From NCBI GenBank assembly GCA_964396205.1, contig CAYNEJ010000002.1, positions 2,631 through 66,630 of the forward strand: a stretch of 64,000 nucleotides of DNA. Reading direction: 5' to 3'. The notes under the pieces were generated by a model. The model made no database searches, was not told the DNA's origin, and saw nothing but the letters and a program-made list of their open reading frames with translations. This document shows, one piece after another, positions 25,300-35,079 of the stretch; within the stretch, counting starts at the first letter, position 1, and the number at the start of each line of letters is the position of its first letter. Source of the DNA: an uncultured Syntrophaceae bacterium (lineage in GTDB: Bacteria > Desulfobacterota > Syntrophia > Syntrophales > PHBD01). The position numbers and the translations under genes were made by a program.

Positions 25300-25950
25300 A
25301 TGTCCACCGCCGCGATCCTCCTCTTGTCCGTCCTGCTCCTGGCGGGACTTCTCCATGCCAGGAAACGGCAATCCCTGCCGGGGATCGTCCTGACCAAGCC
25401 CTCGCTGTCGGCGCTTTTCGTCCTGGCCGCCCTGACGGGCCCACACGGGCACCCGCAGTATTTCCAGTTCATCTTTGCGGGCCTGCTGTTCTGCATGGCC
25501 GGCGACGTCTTCCTCATTTCCGCCGCGCGAAGGCTTTTTCTGGCGGGACTGTTCGCATTCCTCGTCGGACACATTCTCTACAGCATCGCGTTCTTCACGA
25601 TGGCGGCGCCGGGCTTTCCTGCCGGATTCGCCGCGGCGGCGTGCTGCCTGATGGGGGGCGGTTTTCTGTTCCGGGTCAGGCCTTACCTGGGAAGGATGGC
25701 GCTCCCGGTGATCGTTTACGTCGTGATCATCTCGATCATGGTCGTCGGCGCCGCGACCCTCATGGGGGAAAGCAGGCTGCCGTTGGGAGGCCGCGTTCTG
25801 GCTCTGGCCGGCGCCGTCCTCTTCTATCTCTCGGACCTGTTTGTCGCCCGCGAACGGTTCGTCAAGAGTGAATTCCGGAACCGCCTGATCGGCCTTCCCC
25901 TGTATTACGCGGGCCAGTTCATGATCGCCTTCTCCACCCATTTTCTGTAA
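25300..25950 (+). CDS. YhhN-family lysoplasmalogenase
   Basis: Multi-TM. LFCMAGDVFL, FLVGHILYSIAFF and LFYLSDLFVARERF. Confidence 0.8.
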   Translation: MSTAAILLLSVLLLAGLLHARKRQSLPGIVLTKPSLSALFVLAALTGPHGHPQYFQFIFAGLLFCMAGDVFLISAARRLFLAGLFAFLVGHILYSIAFFTMAAPGFPAGFAAAACCLMGGGFLFRVRPYLGRMALPVIVYVVIISIMVVGAATLMGESRLPLGGRVLALAGAVLFYLSDLFVARERFVKSEFRNRLIGLPLYYAGQFMIAFSTHFL

Positions 25951-26034
25951 AGGCCGCTCCCCGGGGGGCCGGCCCGGCTGCCTTCGGCGACTCCGCCGCG
26001 CCTCTCCGGATCGCTCCGTTCCGCCGGCCCGATC

Positions 26035-26051
26035 CCCCGCCGCGGGCGGGG
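26035..26051 (+). terminator. GC hairpin after YhhN gene (weak terminator candidate)
   Basis: CCCCGCC-gcg-GGCGGGG followed by a T-containing stretch (agattcatttcgatt). Confidence 0.25.
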
Positions 26052-26064
26052 AGATTCATTTCGA

Positions 26065-26093
26065 TTGACAGGGCGGGAATCGTTTTTTATCTT
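26065..26093 (+). promoter_or_regulatory. sigma70-like promoter
   Basis: TTGACA, 17 nt, TATCTT, the same hexamers as at 8418. This implies the track start TTG 26065 is not the real start. Confidence 0.35.
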
Positions 26094-26130
26094 CAGGGCG
26101 CGCGGAGCCGCTGGATCGCCCCCGCTGTTC

Positions 26131-27255
26131 ATGGATCTCCCGGAGGCGCTCCCGGCAGGGTGCGGCAGGGGAAAGAGCGATGCTCTCCTGCTCCCCGCGG
26201 GCGTTTCCTTCATACTCGAAACCGGAAAGGACCTTCCCGTGAGCGTGAAACATTTTCCCCAGGCCCTTCTCCATTACGGCCTTTCCCTCACCGCCCAGGT
26301 GATCAGCCTGTGCATGGCCGTCATCCTGATCTCCACCGCATATTCGCTGACCGTTCCCCGCCTGGCTCCATACGGCATATCGATGGGGAAAGACCACCGA
26401 TATGCCAGGGCCGCCATCACCCTTGAACAGACGATCACCAAACCGGTCCGCGCGGTGGTTCCCATCCGGATCGGCGGCCATGACATGACGCCATGGATCG
26501 TCCTGGTCCTGTCGTTCGTTTTCACCTTCTGGTTCAACACCCTGAGCTACCGCTATTTCTACGAGGGGCAGTACCATCGCTACCGGAACAAGGTCGATGA
26601 GATGAAGAGCCGGCTGCGCATCTCCGATCATGCGATGCGCGCCATGCCGATCGGCCGGAATCTGGATCAGCTCAAAACGGCGAACAGGAAGGAGCGCGAG
26701 CAGATCATCCGGGAGTTTGCCGAGGCGAAGCGAAAGCTCGACCAGCTGGGCCGGGATCTGGCCTTTCTGTCCATCGACATCGTCGATTCCACGGGCATGA
26801 AGCAGGGCGAGGACAAGGCCGTCGTTCAGAACGATTTCACCCGGTACCGCCAGTTCGTCGGCGGGATCCTCGGCGATCACGGGTGCCTGAAGTCCACATG
26901 GACGCCCGACGGGGTCATGGCCTGCTTTTCCAGCGTCACGGATGCCGTCAGCGCCGCCCGGGGCGTCATCCATGGCCTGGAAGGCTTCAACCGGGATCTC
27001 AAGCAGCTCCGGAGGGATTTCACGGTCCGCTGCGGGGTGAACTCGGGATTCGTCATCTTCGACGAGGCGACGCCCCTCGAGGAGATCAGCGATCCCGCCA
27101 TCGACATCGCGGGCCACATGCAGAAACATGCCGTGCCGAACTCCATCGGCATCCCGAAACCCGTCATCGAGGCGCTTTCCGGGGACAGCGGCTTCGTACC
27201 GTCGGGCAGGACAATCGACGGCTATGAGGTGTACGAGTGGAAGAAAGGCGGATGA
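26131..27255 (+). CDS. membrane-anchored class III adenylate/guanylate cyclase
   Basis: Two hydrophobic segments and a coiled-coil precede the cyclase domain FLSIDIVDSTGM...TPDGVMACF...RCGVNSG. The start is uncertain (26065/26131/later). Confidence 0.8.
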   Translation: MDLPEALPAGCGRGKSDALLLPAGVSFILETGKDLPVSVKHFPQALLHYGLSLTAQVISLCMAVILISTAYSLTVPRLAPYGISMGKDHRYARAAITLEQTITKPVRAVVPIRIGGHDMTPWIVLVLSFVFTFWFNTLSYRYFYEGQYHRYRNKVDEMKSRLRISDHAMRAMPIGRNLDQLKTANRKEREQIIREFAEAKRKLDQLGRDLAFLSIDIVDSTGMKQGEDKAVVQNDFTRYRQFVGGILGDHGCLKSTWTPDGVMACFSSVTDAVSAARGVIHGLEGFNRDLKQLRRDFTVRCGVNSGFVIFDEATPLEEISDPAIDIAGHMQKHAVPNSIGIPKPVIEALSGDSGFVPSGRTIDGYEVYEWKKGG

Positions 27256-27614
27256 GGAGAAGAGCGGCCATCCCGGAAATCCGATCCATGCCGCGCGCAA
27301 TCCGCTCCTGACGGCCACCCGTCCGAGATGTCATTCCCTGGATCCCGCTCCTGTCATCATGGTCCGCGGTCTTCAGCATGTCCTTGCCTTTCGGCTCCAG
27401 GATCGGCATTTCCAGGTCCCGGGACAGGGAAAGAGCCGGTTGCCGGTTCGAATCCCCCCTTCGGAGGCAGCGGGTCTTCCCTGCTCCCGTCGATGACGGT
27501 GCGGACCGTGGGATGGCCGGACGGCCCGGCGTTCTCGACCCTCCCCCGGATTTGCCTGCAGGCGGACGGCCACGGTTTTCATGAAAACGGTGTGCCGGAA
27601 TTCCGCGTCCGCTT

Positions 27615-28238
27615 TCAGGGGAGGAGAAACCCGATCAGAGCCAGGATCACTGTCTGGAAGAAGCGGATGACGGGGTCCAGGACACCGAGAAACAAAAGGC
27701 CGATGATGATGAAAAATCCAAAGGGCTCGATCCGGGCCATGATGTTATGGACCTTCACGGACGTGAAGCCCATGAGGATTTTTGACCCGTCCAGCGGCGG
27801 AATGGGAATGAGGTTGAAAGCGGCGAGGATGATGTTGATCTTCGCCAGGTAATAGAGAAAGGTGGCGACGGTCCCCGACGGCTGCGGCTCCAGGATCCGG
27901 AACAGAAGGAAGGCGAGAAAGGCCAGGATCGTGTTGGCGACGATTCCCGCCGAGGAGACCAGGATCAGCCCCTTGCGGGTGTCGCGGATATAGGCGAGAT
28001 TGAAGGGCACCGGTTTTGCCCAGCCGAAGCCGACGAGGAACAGCATCAGCGTCCCGATCGGGTCGAGGTGACGGACCGGATTGAGGGTCAGCCTGCCCAT
28101 CGCCTTCGCGGTGGGATCCCCCATCTTCCAGGCGACCCAGCCGTGGGCCAGCTCGTGGATGATAATGGAGTACAGGAGCGGTATGGATAAAAGGACGAAC
28201 GTGACCGGATCTTTAACCAGCAGGTTCAGGAGGCCCAT
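27615..28238 (-). CDS. site-2 protease (M50) family membrane metalloprotease
   Basis: HELAHGW zinc motif. GRLTLNPVRHLDPIGTLM. Polytopic. Confidence 0.9.
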   Translation of the reverse strand: MGLLNLLVKDPVTFVLLSIPLLYSIIIHELAHGWVAWKMGDPTAKAMGRLTLNPVRHLDPIGTLMLFLVGFGWAKPVPFNLAYIRDTRKGLILVSSAGIVANTILAFLAFLLFRILEPQPSGTVATFLYYLAKINIILAAFNLIPIPPLDGSKILMGFTSVKVHNIMARIEPFGFFIIIGLLFLGVLDPVIRFFQTVILALIGFLLP

Positions 28239-28393
28239 GCTCTTACTCTCCCCGTCAGCGAATCATGCAAAACGGCCGCATCGTACACGAAAAAGCGGCT
28301 GCAATACCAGATTGATTTTGTGCGGCTGCTGTCGTATGCCACCGTCTGCGGGCCTTCTTTCCGTTCGGATGGCCCGGACAACACCCTGATCCG

Positions 28394-30022
28394 TTGAAAA
28401 ACCCACCGGCAGGCGGAGACATGACGGCAAGCACCCTGGAGTTTCAGACCATCCTCGAAAACATGATCGATGTGGTCGTGATTCTCGATATGGACGGTGT
28501 CTTCCGGACCGTCAGCCCCTCCGTCCGGTGGATGCTCGGCTACGAGCCGGCCGATATGACCGGGACGGTCTGCTTCGATTACCTCTTCCCGGACGATCGG
28601 GACCGGGTCGTCCGGACCTTCCGGAGAACGCTGGAAACCGACCGGCAGACGGAATCATTCCGGTTCCGCCATGCCGACGGACGCTTTGTCTGGCTCGAGA
28701 CGGCCGCGCGGGCGGTCTGGAAGGGAATCGATCTCCAGGGGATTGTCGTCTCCGCCCGCGACATCACGGATCGCAAGGCCGCCGAGGCGAAGCTCCGCCG
28801 GAGTGAACAGCAGTATCGGCTGCTGGTCGAAAACACGATGGACTATGTCGCCCGCATTCATCTGGACGGCACCGTCCTGTTTGTCTCCGACGCCGTCGAA
28901 TCGATTCTCGGTCATCTTCCGACGGAGATCGTCGGCGGCCACTTTCTGGATTTCGTCCACCCGGAGGACCGGGCTTCCGCCGACCAAATCTTTCAGCAGG
29001 CGCTTGCGGAAGGAAAACAGGGAAGTGTGGAGTGCCGCCTTCGCGGAAAGGACGGCCTCTACCGGTGGATGGAAGTCCGGGGCAAGGTCTTCCGGAATGA
29101 CCTTACGGGCCGTCTGGAAATCATCTCCGTATCCCGCGACGTCACGGCAAGGGTGGAGATGGAGCAGGCACTGCGCCGGGCGGAGAAGGAATACCGGGAC
29201 ATCTTCAACAACGCCCTGGCCGCGATCTACCGGAGTGTGCCCGAGGGGCGCCTGGTCATGGCCAACGAGACGGCCGCCCGGATTCTGGGATACTCCTCTG
29301 CCGTGGAGCTGATCCAATCCGTCACGAGCATTGGGGACCAGATCTATCAGGACGGAAGAGAACGCGAGCGGGTCATCGGTCTGCTTGAAAAGCAGGATAG
29401 CTGTGTCGTGGAGATTCCCTACCGGCATGCGAACGGATCCATTACCTGGTCCGTTCATCACATCCGTGCCGTCCGGGATGAGTCCGGCAGAATTCTCCAT
29501 TTCGACGGGGTCGCCCAGGACATCACGGAACAGAAGAAGGCGGAGGAGAATCTCCGGATGACGCTCAACAGCCTGGAGGACCTCGTCCGGGAGCGCACGG
29601 TCGAACTCCATGATGTCAACACGGCCCTCCGGGTTCTCCTGGACCGGAGCAAGGAGGACCAGAGGATCCTCGAGGAGAGGCTGCGGCAAAACGTGAACGA
29701 GCTGCTCATGCCGATCCTGGACGAACTCAGGTCCTGCGGTCTGAATGAGAAAGGGATTCTTTTCCTGGATCTGCTGCAATCGAACCTGCGGGAAATCACG
29801 TCTCCGTTTCTGTCCAGGTTGACCTCCTCCTGCAAAAGCCTGACACCCCGGGAAATCGAAGTGGCCGGCATGATCCGGGAGGGAAAGAAAACGAAGCAAA
29901 TCGCGGAGTTGCTTGGTATAAGCGCGGTCACGGTGGATACGCACCGGATCAATATCCGCACCAAGCTTGGGTTGAGCGGCGAAAAAGTGAACCTCCGGTC
30001 GCATCTTCTCTCCATGGCCTGA
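28394..30022 (+). CDS. multi-PAS LuxR-family transcriptional regulator
   Basis: Three PAS-like repeats (each with a ...RDITDRK/RDVTAR/QDITEQKKAEE end), a coiled coil, and the C-terminal LuxR HTH LTPREIEVAGMIREGKKTKQIAELLGISAVTVDTHR. Confidence 0.9.
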   Translation: MKNPPAGGDMTASTLEFQTILENMIDVVVILDMDGVFRTVSPSVRWMLGYEPADMTGTVCFDYLFPDDRDRVVRTFRRTLETDRQTESFRFRHADGRFVWLETAARAVWKGIDLQGIVVSARDITDRKAAEAKLRRSEQQYRLLVENTMDYVARIHLDGTVLFVSDAVESILGHLPTEIVGGHFLDFVHPEDRASADQIFQQALAEGKQGSVECRLRGKDGLYRWMEVRGKVFRNDLTGRLEIISVSRDVTARVEMEQALRRAEKEYRDIFNNALAAIYRSVPEGRLVMANETAARILGYSSAVELIQSVTSIGDQIYQDGRERERVIGLLEKQDSCVVEIPYRHANGSITWSVHHIRAVRDESGRILHFDGVAQDITEQKKAEENLRMTLNSLEDLVRERTVELHDVNTALRVLLDRSKEDQRILEERLRQNVNELLMPILDELRSCGLNEKGILFLDLLQSNLREITSPFLSRLTSSCKSLTPREIEVAGMIREGKKTKQIAELLGISAVTVDTHRINIRTKLGLSGEKVNLRSHLLSMA

Positions 30023-30090
30023 GGGTTGATTCCGTCCCCCGGCGTCCATGCCGCGGGGGAGGCCTGCGATTCCGGGAGAAAGGCGGAGCC

Positions 30091-31431
30091 GTGAACCGCA
30101 TCGAGGCAGAGGAAAGGAATCGCTTCCTGGCCCGCCTTGCCGGCGACTTTTCCATCCCCGTCCCCGCTTTGCGGAGCATCCGCGGCGCGTTCCACGAGGA
30201 AATGGCACACGGTCTGGCCGGGAAGCCGAGTTCCCTGCGGATGATTCCCTCCTTCGTGACGCGCCCGACGGGCGGGGAGAAGGGGCGGTTTCTCGCCCTC
30301 GACCTGGGTGGGACGAACTGCCGGGTCCTGGGGGTGGAGCTCGACGGGAGGGGAGGGGCCTCCATCACGGCGGCGAGCCGCTTCGTCGTTCCTGCCGCGC
30401 TCATGAACGGCCCCGGCGGGGTGCTCTTTGATTTCCTGGCCGGGTCCGTCCACTCCTTTTTCCGGGAACACCGCCGGGAAAAGCCGCCGGAGCGGATCCT
30501 GGCCTTTACCTTTTCGTTTCCCGTGGAGCAGCGTTCCGTCTCCTCGGGAACACTGCTCGGCTGGACGAAGGCGTTTACGGCCTCCGGCGTGGAGGGCGAG
30601 GATGTCGCCGCGCTGCTCTCGGCGGCCCTGGAGCGCCGGGGTATCGGCTTCGTCCGCGTGGCGGCCCTTACGAACGATACCGTCGGGACGCTGCTGGCGG
30701 GGGGGTACGCCGATCCTTCCTGCGACATGGGCGTGATCCTGGGGACCGGGACGAACGCCTGCTACCCCGAGCGGCCCGGCCGGATCCGGAAACTCCCAGG
30801 CTCCCGCGGGGGCAGCGAGATGATCGTCAACATGGAGTGGGGAAATTTCAACCGTCTGGAGGCGAACCGGTTTGATGATCTCCTGGACGCCGCCTCTCCC
30901 AACCCGGGGCGGCAGCGGCTGGAGAAGATGGTCTCGGGGATGTACCTGGGGGAGATCGCGCGGCTGGCGGTCCGGGAGATGATGGAGAAGGGCCTGCTGT
31001 TCCCGGGAACGGACGGATCCGCCTTTTCCGAGCCTTACAGCCTGGCGACGGAGAGCCTGACGCTCCCGGCCCGGGGCGATGCGGCGGGCCTCGATTCCCT
31101 CGGTCCCGGCAGCATTTCTGCTGAAGATCGGGCGGCGGTCCGCGAGATCGGCCGCCTCGTCGCCGGCCGGTCCGCGCGGCTCGCCGGCTCGGCGATTGCC
31201 GCCGTCCTCACCTGGATGGATCCTGGCCTGGAGAAGGACCATGCCGTGGCGATCGACGGCGCGCTGTTTGAGCACAACCCGGGATACCGGGCGGACATCA
31301 TGGAGACCCTGGGCAGTCTCCTCGGCGATCGGGCGGCGGCGGTCCGGCTCGTTCTCACGAAGGACGGATCGGGAATCGGGGCCGCCATCGCCGGAGCCGT
31401 GGCGGTCCAGGCCGCGCCGGAGGCGGGGTAG
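30091..31431 (+). CDS. eukaryote-type hexokinase family protein
   Basis: LALDLGGTNCRVL and LAFTFSFPVEQ...GTLLGWTKAF hexokinase signatures. GTG start. Confidence 0.85.
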   Translation: MNRIEAEERNRFLARLAGDFSIPVPALRSIRGAFHEEMAHGLAGKPSSLRMIPSFVTRPTGGEKGRFLALDLGGTNCRVLGVELDGRGGASITAASRFVVPAALMNGPGGVLFDFLAGSVHSFFREHRREKPPERILAFTFSFPVEQRSVSSGTLLGWTKAFTASGVEGEDVAALLSAALERRGIGFVRVAALTNDTVGTLLAGGYADPSCDMGVILGTGTNACYPERPGRIRKLPGSRGGSEMIVNMEWGNFNRLEANRFDDLLDAASPNPGRQRLEKMVSGMYLGEIARLAVREMMEKGLLFPGTDGSAFSEPYSLATESLTLPARGDAAGLDSLGPGSISAEDRAAVREIGRLVAGRSARLAGSAIAAVLTWMDPGLEKDHAVAIDGALFEHNPGYRADIMETLGSLLGDRAAAVRLVLTKDGSGIGAAIAGAVAVQAAPEAG

Positions 31432-31434
31432 CGG

Positions 31435-31454
31435 GAGGCGCCTTCGGGCGCCTC
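31435..31454 (+). terminator. 8-bp GC hairpin with UUCG tetraloop right after hexokinase stop
   Basis: GAGGCGCC-ttcg-GGCGCCTC. There is no U-tract, so the terminator function is uncertain. Confidence 0.3.
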
Positions 31455-31583
31455 GCGGCGGGAGCGGGGCCGGAGCGGCCTTCGCCATGATCGGCGATGT
31501 CCTGGACTTGGCCCTGATCGGGACACTGCCGAACAACATCCAGCTCGGGGCCGTCATTCTCCGGTTCCCGGCCATGAGGAATC

Positions 31584-32840
31584 ATGAAATTTTCAAAATA
31601 CCGCGTCTCCGGGGAGATCAAGGAAAACCTGGAAAGACTGGGTTTCCGGAGGCCCACGGACATCCAGTTCAAGGCCATTCCCTCCATCATGAACGGGGAG
31701 GACGTCCTGGCCATCGCCCAGACGGGAACGGGGAAGACCGCGGCCTTCGCCATTCCCGTGGTCGACCGGATCCACCGTGCCAAAACCAGCCGCCGTGCCG
31801 CCGGCATCCGGTGCATCGTCATGGTCCCGACCCGCGAGCTGGCCCTGCAGATCGGGGAGGTCTTTGCAAGCCTCGCCAGGCATACGAACGTGAAGGCGTT
31901 TGCGCTCCACGGCGGCGTGGAGCAGGATTCGCAGGTCAGGAGGCTCCAGGACGGCATCGACATCCTGATCACAACCCCGGGCCGGATGTTCGACCTCATC
32001 CACCAGGGACACCTTCGCCTCGACCGCATCGACACGCTCATCCTCGACGAGGCCGACCGCATGCTGGACCTGGGGTTTATCGGGGACATCCAGTCCGTGA
32101 AGAGAAAGCTCACCCGGCCGCACCAGACCCTGTTCTTTTCGGCGACCATCAATCCCGAGATCAAGAAGCTGGCGTTTTCCCAGGTGAAAAGCACGGCCAT
32201 CCGGATCCAGATCTCCCCGGAGGACCCTGTCTCAAGAAATGTCTCCCACGCCGTCATGTTCGTGGAGATGGATGACAAGCGGTTTTTCCTGGAGCGGTTC
32301 ATCCGGGAGCATCCCGACAGCAGGCTCATCGTTTTTGTCAGGACCCGGGTCCGCGCCGAGCGGGTCGGGAAAGCGATGGAGAGGGCCGGGATTCCCGCGC
32401 TTTCCATTCACGGCGCCAAGGACCAGGACGAAAGAACGGCCGTCATGAAGCAGTTCAAGGACGGAGACGGCAACGTCCTCATCGCCACGGACGTCAGCGC
32501 GCGCGGGATCGATATCCCGGACGTCCACTATGTGATAAACTATGATCTGCCCGAGAAGTCCGAGAATTACGTCCACCGGGTGGGACGGACCGGCAGGGGC
32601 GTCAACAAGGGGGTCGCCCTCTCGTTCTGCAGCGAGGACGAGAAGCCGCGCCTGGAAGAGATCCAGCGTTTTTTGAACAAAGAGATCGAAGTGCTGAAAA
32701 TCAGCAAGAGGGATTACGCCCGGACCCTCGACATCCCCGCGAAGGAAACCAGCCTGCCGGCGATGATCGAGGAGCACGAGGCATGGCTGAAGGCAAAGAG
32801 GAAGAGGAAAAAGCGTTCCCGGGACAAGGCCGGATCGTGA
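31584..32840 (+). CDS. DEAD-box ATP-dependent RNA helicase (RhlE-like)
   Basis: AQTGTGKT, DEAD, SAT and HRVGRTGR motifs. Basic C-terminal tail. Confidence 0.95.
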   Translation: MKFSKYRVSGEIKENLERLGFRRPTDIQFKAIPSIMNGEDVLAIAQTGTGKTAAFAIPVVDRIHRAKTSRRAAGIRCIVMVPTRELALQIGEVFASLARHTNVKAFALHGGVEQDSQVRRLQDGIDILITTPGRMFDLIHQGHLRLDRIDTLILDEADRMLDLGFIGDIQSVKRKLTRPHQTLFFSATINPEIKKLAFSQVKSTAIRIQISPEDPVSRNVSHAVMFVEMDDKRFFLERFIREHPDSRLIVFVRTRVRAERVGKAMERAGIPALSIHGAKDQDERTAVMKQFKDGDGNVLIATDVSARGIDIPDVHYVINYDLPEKSENYVHRVGRTGRGVNKGVALSFCSEDEKPRLEEIQRFLNKEIEVLKISKRDYARTLDIPAKETSLPAMIEEHEAWLKAKRKRKKRSRDKAGS

Positions 32841-32928
32841 ACAGGGCGGCAACCCTCCCGATTCAGCCGCAAGCCGGGCACGAAGATCCGGCGCGGCCCC
32901 ACAAGCTTCCTGATTTCCATGGCGTAAT

Positions 32929-33693
32929 TCATGGACCATCGGTCCTTTTTCGCGGAGTCCCCGGCGTTTTCGTCTTCAGCATGGTCAGCCGGCGGGTTCC
33001 CTTGATCTGCCGGAAATTCGCGCCCTGGCTGATGCAGCGCATGGCCGTCGCCGGATCAATCACCTTCGTGCCGGAGAGGGCGTCCACGCCGTAGTCGAAG
33101 AGAACCGGACTCAGGGGCGTCGAGTCGCCCAGTATGATCACGAAGGCCCCGGGACGGCAGCGTTCGAGCAGGGCAGGCAGGGTGTGGTTGGTCAGGGCCG
33201 TCCCCGTGATGGCCACCACGTCCGCCCGGGGGATCAGGTCGTCCGCCCGGCCCTCCGGGAAATCCCCCTCCTGCGGGTTCTTCTCGATGACCCACAGCTC
33301 CTTCGCTTTCTCCCGCACCCGCTGCAGGAAGGGGAAATGCCCGACGATCGCGACGTTCCGGCCCTCTCCCTTTTCCAGGATCACCTCGGCGGCATTCCGC
33401 TCCAGGCAGGACGCCTCGTCGATCTCCAGAAGTGAATTGATGGCGGCCATTCCGATGGCCGCTTCGAGGATGCTGTCCGAACAGGCCATCCGGGCCAGCT
33501 CCAGCGGAGTCCTGTCCAGCAGGAGCCCCGGCTCCCGGACCAGCGGCGGGGCCTGGCGCAGGGCGTCCCGGGGCAGGGTGGCGGCCAGGCCGCAGTTTCG
33601 GGTCAGGACGGCGGTGTGGAACACGCCCTGGCGGATGTCCTGGACCGGGGTGTCCATGTCGAGGGTGGAAATCAGATGCTCCAGGATTTTCAT
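32929..33693 (-). CDS. DUF364/DUF4213 (Rossmann-like, putative chelation) protein
   Basis: VAIVGHFPFLQRV...VVAITGTALTNHTL...IILGDSTPLSP pattern. Confidence 0.8.
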   Translation of the reverse strand: MKILEHLISTLDMDTPVQDIRQGVFHTAVLTRNCGLAATLPRDALRQAPPLVREPGLLLDRTPLELARMACSDSILEAAIGMAAINSLLEIDEASCLERNAAEVILEKGEGRNVAIVGHFPFLQRVREKAKELWVIEKNPQEGDFPEGRADDLIPRADVVAITGTALTNHTLPALLERCRPGAFVIILGDSTPLSPVLFDYGVDALSGTKVIDPATAMRCISQGANFRQIKGTRRLTMLKTKTPGTPRKRTDGP

Positions 33694-34082
33694 TGATTCT
33701 TTGTCCTCCGTGGATGTTTTCTCTGCGCCGCCGTTCCGGGAAGCCTCTTCCTCATGGGTGATGTAAGGGGTTACGCAATTGCGCCGTGCCTGTCAACGCG
33801 TTCTTGACCGCTCCCGCCCGTCGGGGGGCGGGCGATCCTTCCAGCGGGCGCGGGTGCCTTCGGGGATGCCGCCTCTTCTCCCGTCTGAAGGAAAGAAGAT
33901 GGAGTCCTCCGGGGGTGGAACAAGGCAGCGGGAACCCGCCGTGACCTCGCCCCGCGGGTCGCATCGAAACCTTGACAGGACGGTCCCGGTCGGGGATAAC
34001 CAGTGACAGGCCGCATGAACCGGGTAACAGGACGAATCACAGACAGGAATCGGGCGCACTGCCGCGCCGGGAGGTGTGAATC

Positions 34083-35027
34083 ATGAAAAGGAACCTCACC
34101 CTGCTTGTCGCACTGATTATGGTGATGACCGTCGCCTGCGCCCCCACGAGCAGTTCGCGCCATCGCGAGGGAAGCAACGTGGGGCAGGAAACCAGCCTGA
34201 CCGTGGAAGACGAGCGGCGACTGACGCAGGAAGCCCTTCCCAAGATGCTCAAAGACTATCCGCCGGCGAAAAACGACGAGCTCCAGCGGTATGTATCCGG
34301 TCTGGGAGCGAAAATCGTCCGGGCGAACAACCTGGAGGGCAATCCCTACCACTATACCTTCACCGTCGTCGATGTTGTCGACGTCAACGCCTTCGCAATG
34401 CCGGCGGGGACGATCTTCGTGACGGCGCCCCTGATCGCCATGGCGTCCAATGAGGCGGAGCTGGCCGGGGTCATCTCCCATGAGGTCGGACATGTCGTTG
34501 CCAGGCACTCGGCGGAGCGGATGTACGCGATGGAGAAGGCCCAGAAGAAAACCTGGCTGTACGCGACGGGCGGGGCCGTGGTGGGCGCAGCGGCGGGCCT
34601 CGGCCTGGGCGTCCTGCTTTGTGATAAGGGTGACACGGCCTGCCTCGCCAAGGCAGCGGCGGTAGGCGGCGTGGTCGGCGCCGGGGGTGGCATGCTCGCG
34701 CAGAAATACACCTTCCTGGTCAATTCGCGGGAAGACGAGATGGAGGCGGATCGTCTCGGATTCCGGTATGCCGTGGGCAGTGGATACGACAAGGACCAGG
34801 TGGGGAAATTCTATGAAAAGCTCCTCACCATGGAAAAGAAGTCACAGCAGGGTGGCGGAGCCGTGTTGAAGAGTCTTTCCGATGCGATGAGCACACACCC
34901 CCCCAGCGAGGAGAGGGTGCGGCAGATGAACGAACTGGCCGCGAAAAGTCCCGACCGGAAAGCCGTCACGAATACCCCGGCGTTCAACAGGGCGAAACAG
35001 ATCGCAGCGGGGATGAAGAAAAAATAA
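34083..35027 (+). CDS. M48-family zinc metalloprotease lipoprotein
   Basis: Lipobox LVALIMVMTVAC, HEVGHVVARH, and downstream EMEAD. Confidence 0.9.
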   Translation: MKRNLTLLVALIMVMTVACAPTSSSRHREGSNVGQETSLTVEDERRLTQEALPKMLKDYPPAKNDELQRYVSGLGAKIVRANNLEGNPYHYTFTVVDVVDVNAFAMPAGTIFVTAPLIAMASNEAELAGVISHEVGHVVARHSAERMYAMEKAQKKTWLYATGGAVVGAAAGLGLGVLLCDKGDTACLAKAAAVGGVVGAGGGMLAQKYTFLVNSREDEMEADRLGFRYAVGSGYDKDQVGKFYEKLLTMEKKSQQGGGAVLKSLSDAMSTHPPSEERVRQMNELAAKSPDRKAVTNTPAFNRAKQIAAGMKKK

Positions 35028-35079
35028 CGATTGCCGGGAAGCCCCCGTTCACAGGGGAATCTTTCGTGTCATCCGGGCC

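Noticed and set aside
27445-27455. tRNA-like T-loop sequence GGTTCGAATCC
   Set aside because: The flanking bases do not form a T-stem (only 3 of 5 pairs). I could not build acceptor, D or anticodon arms. It is likely chance or a very degraded fragment.
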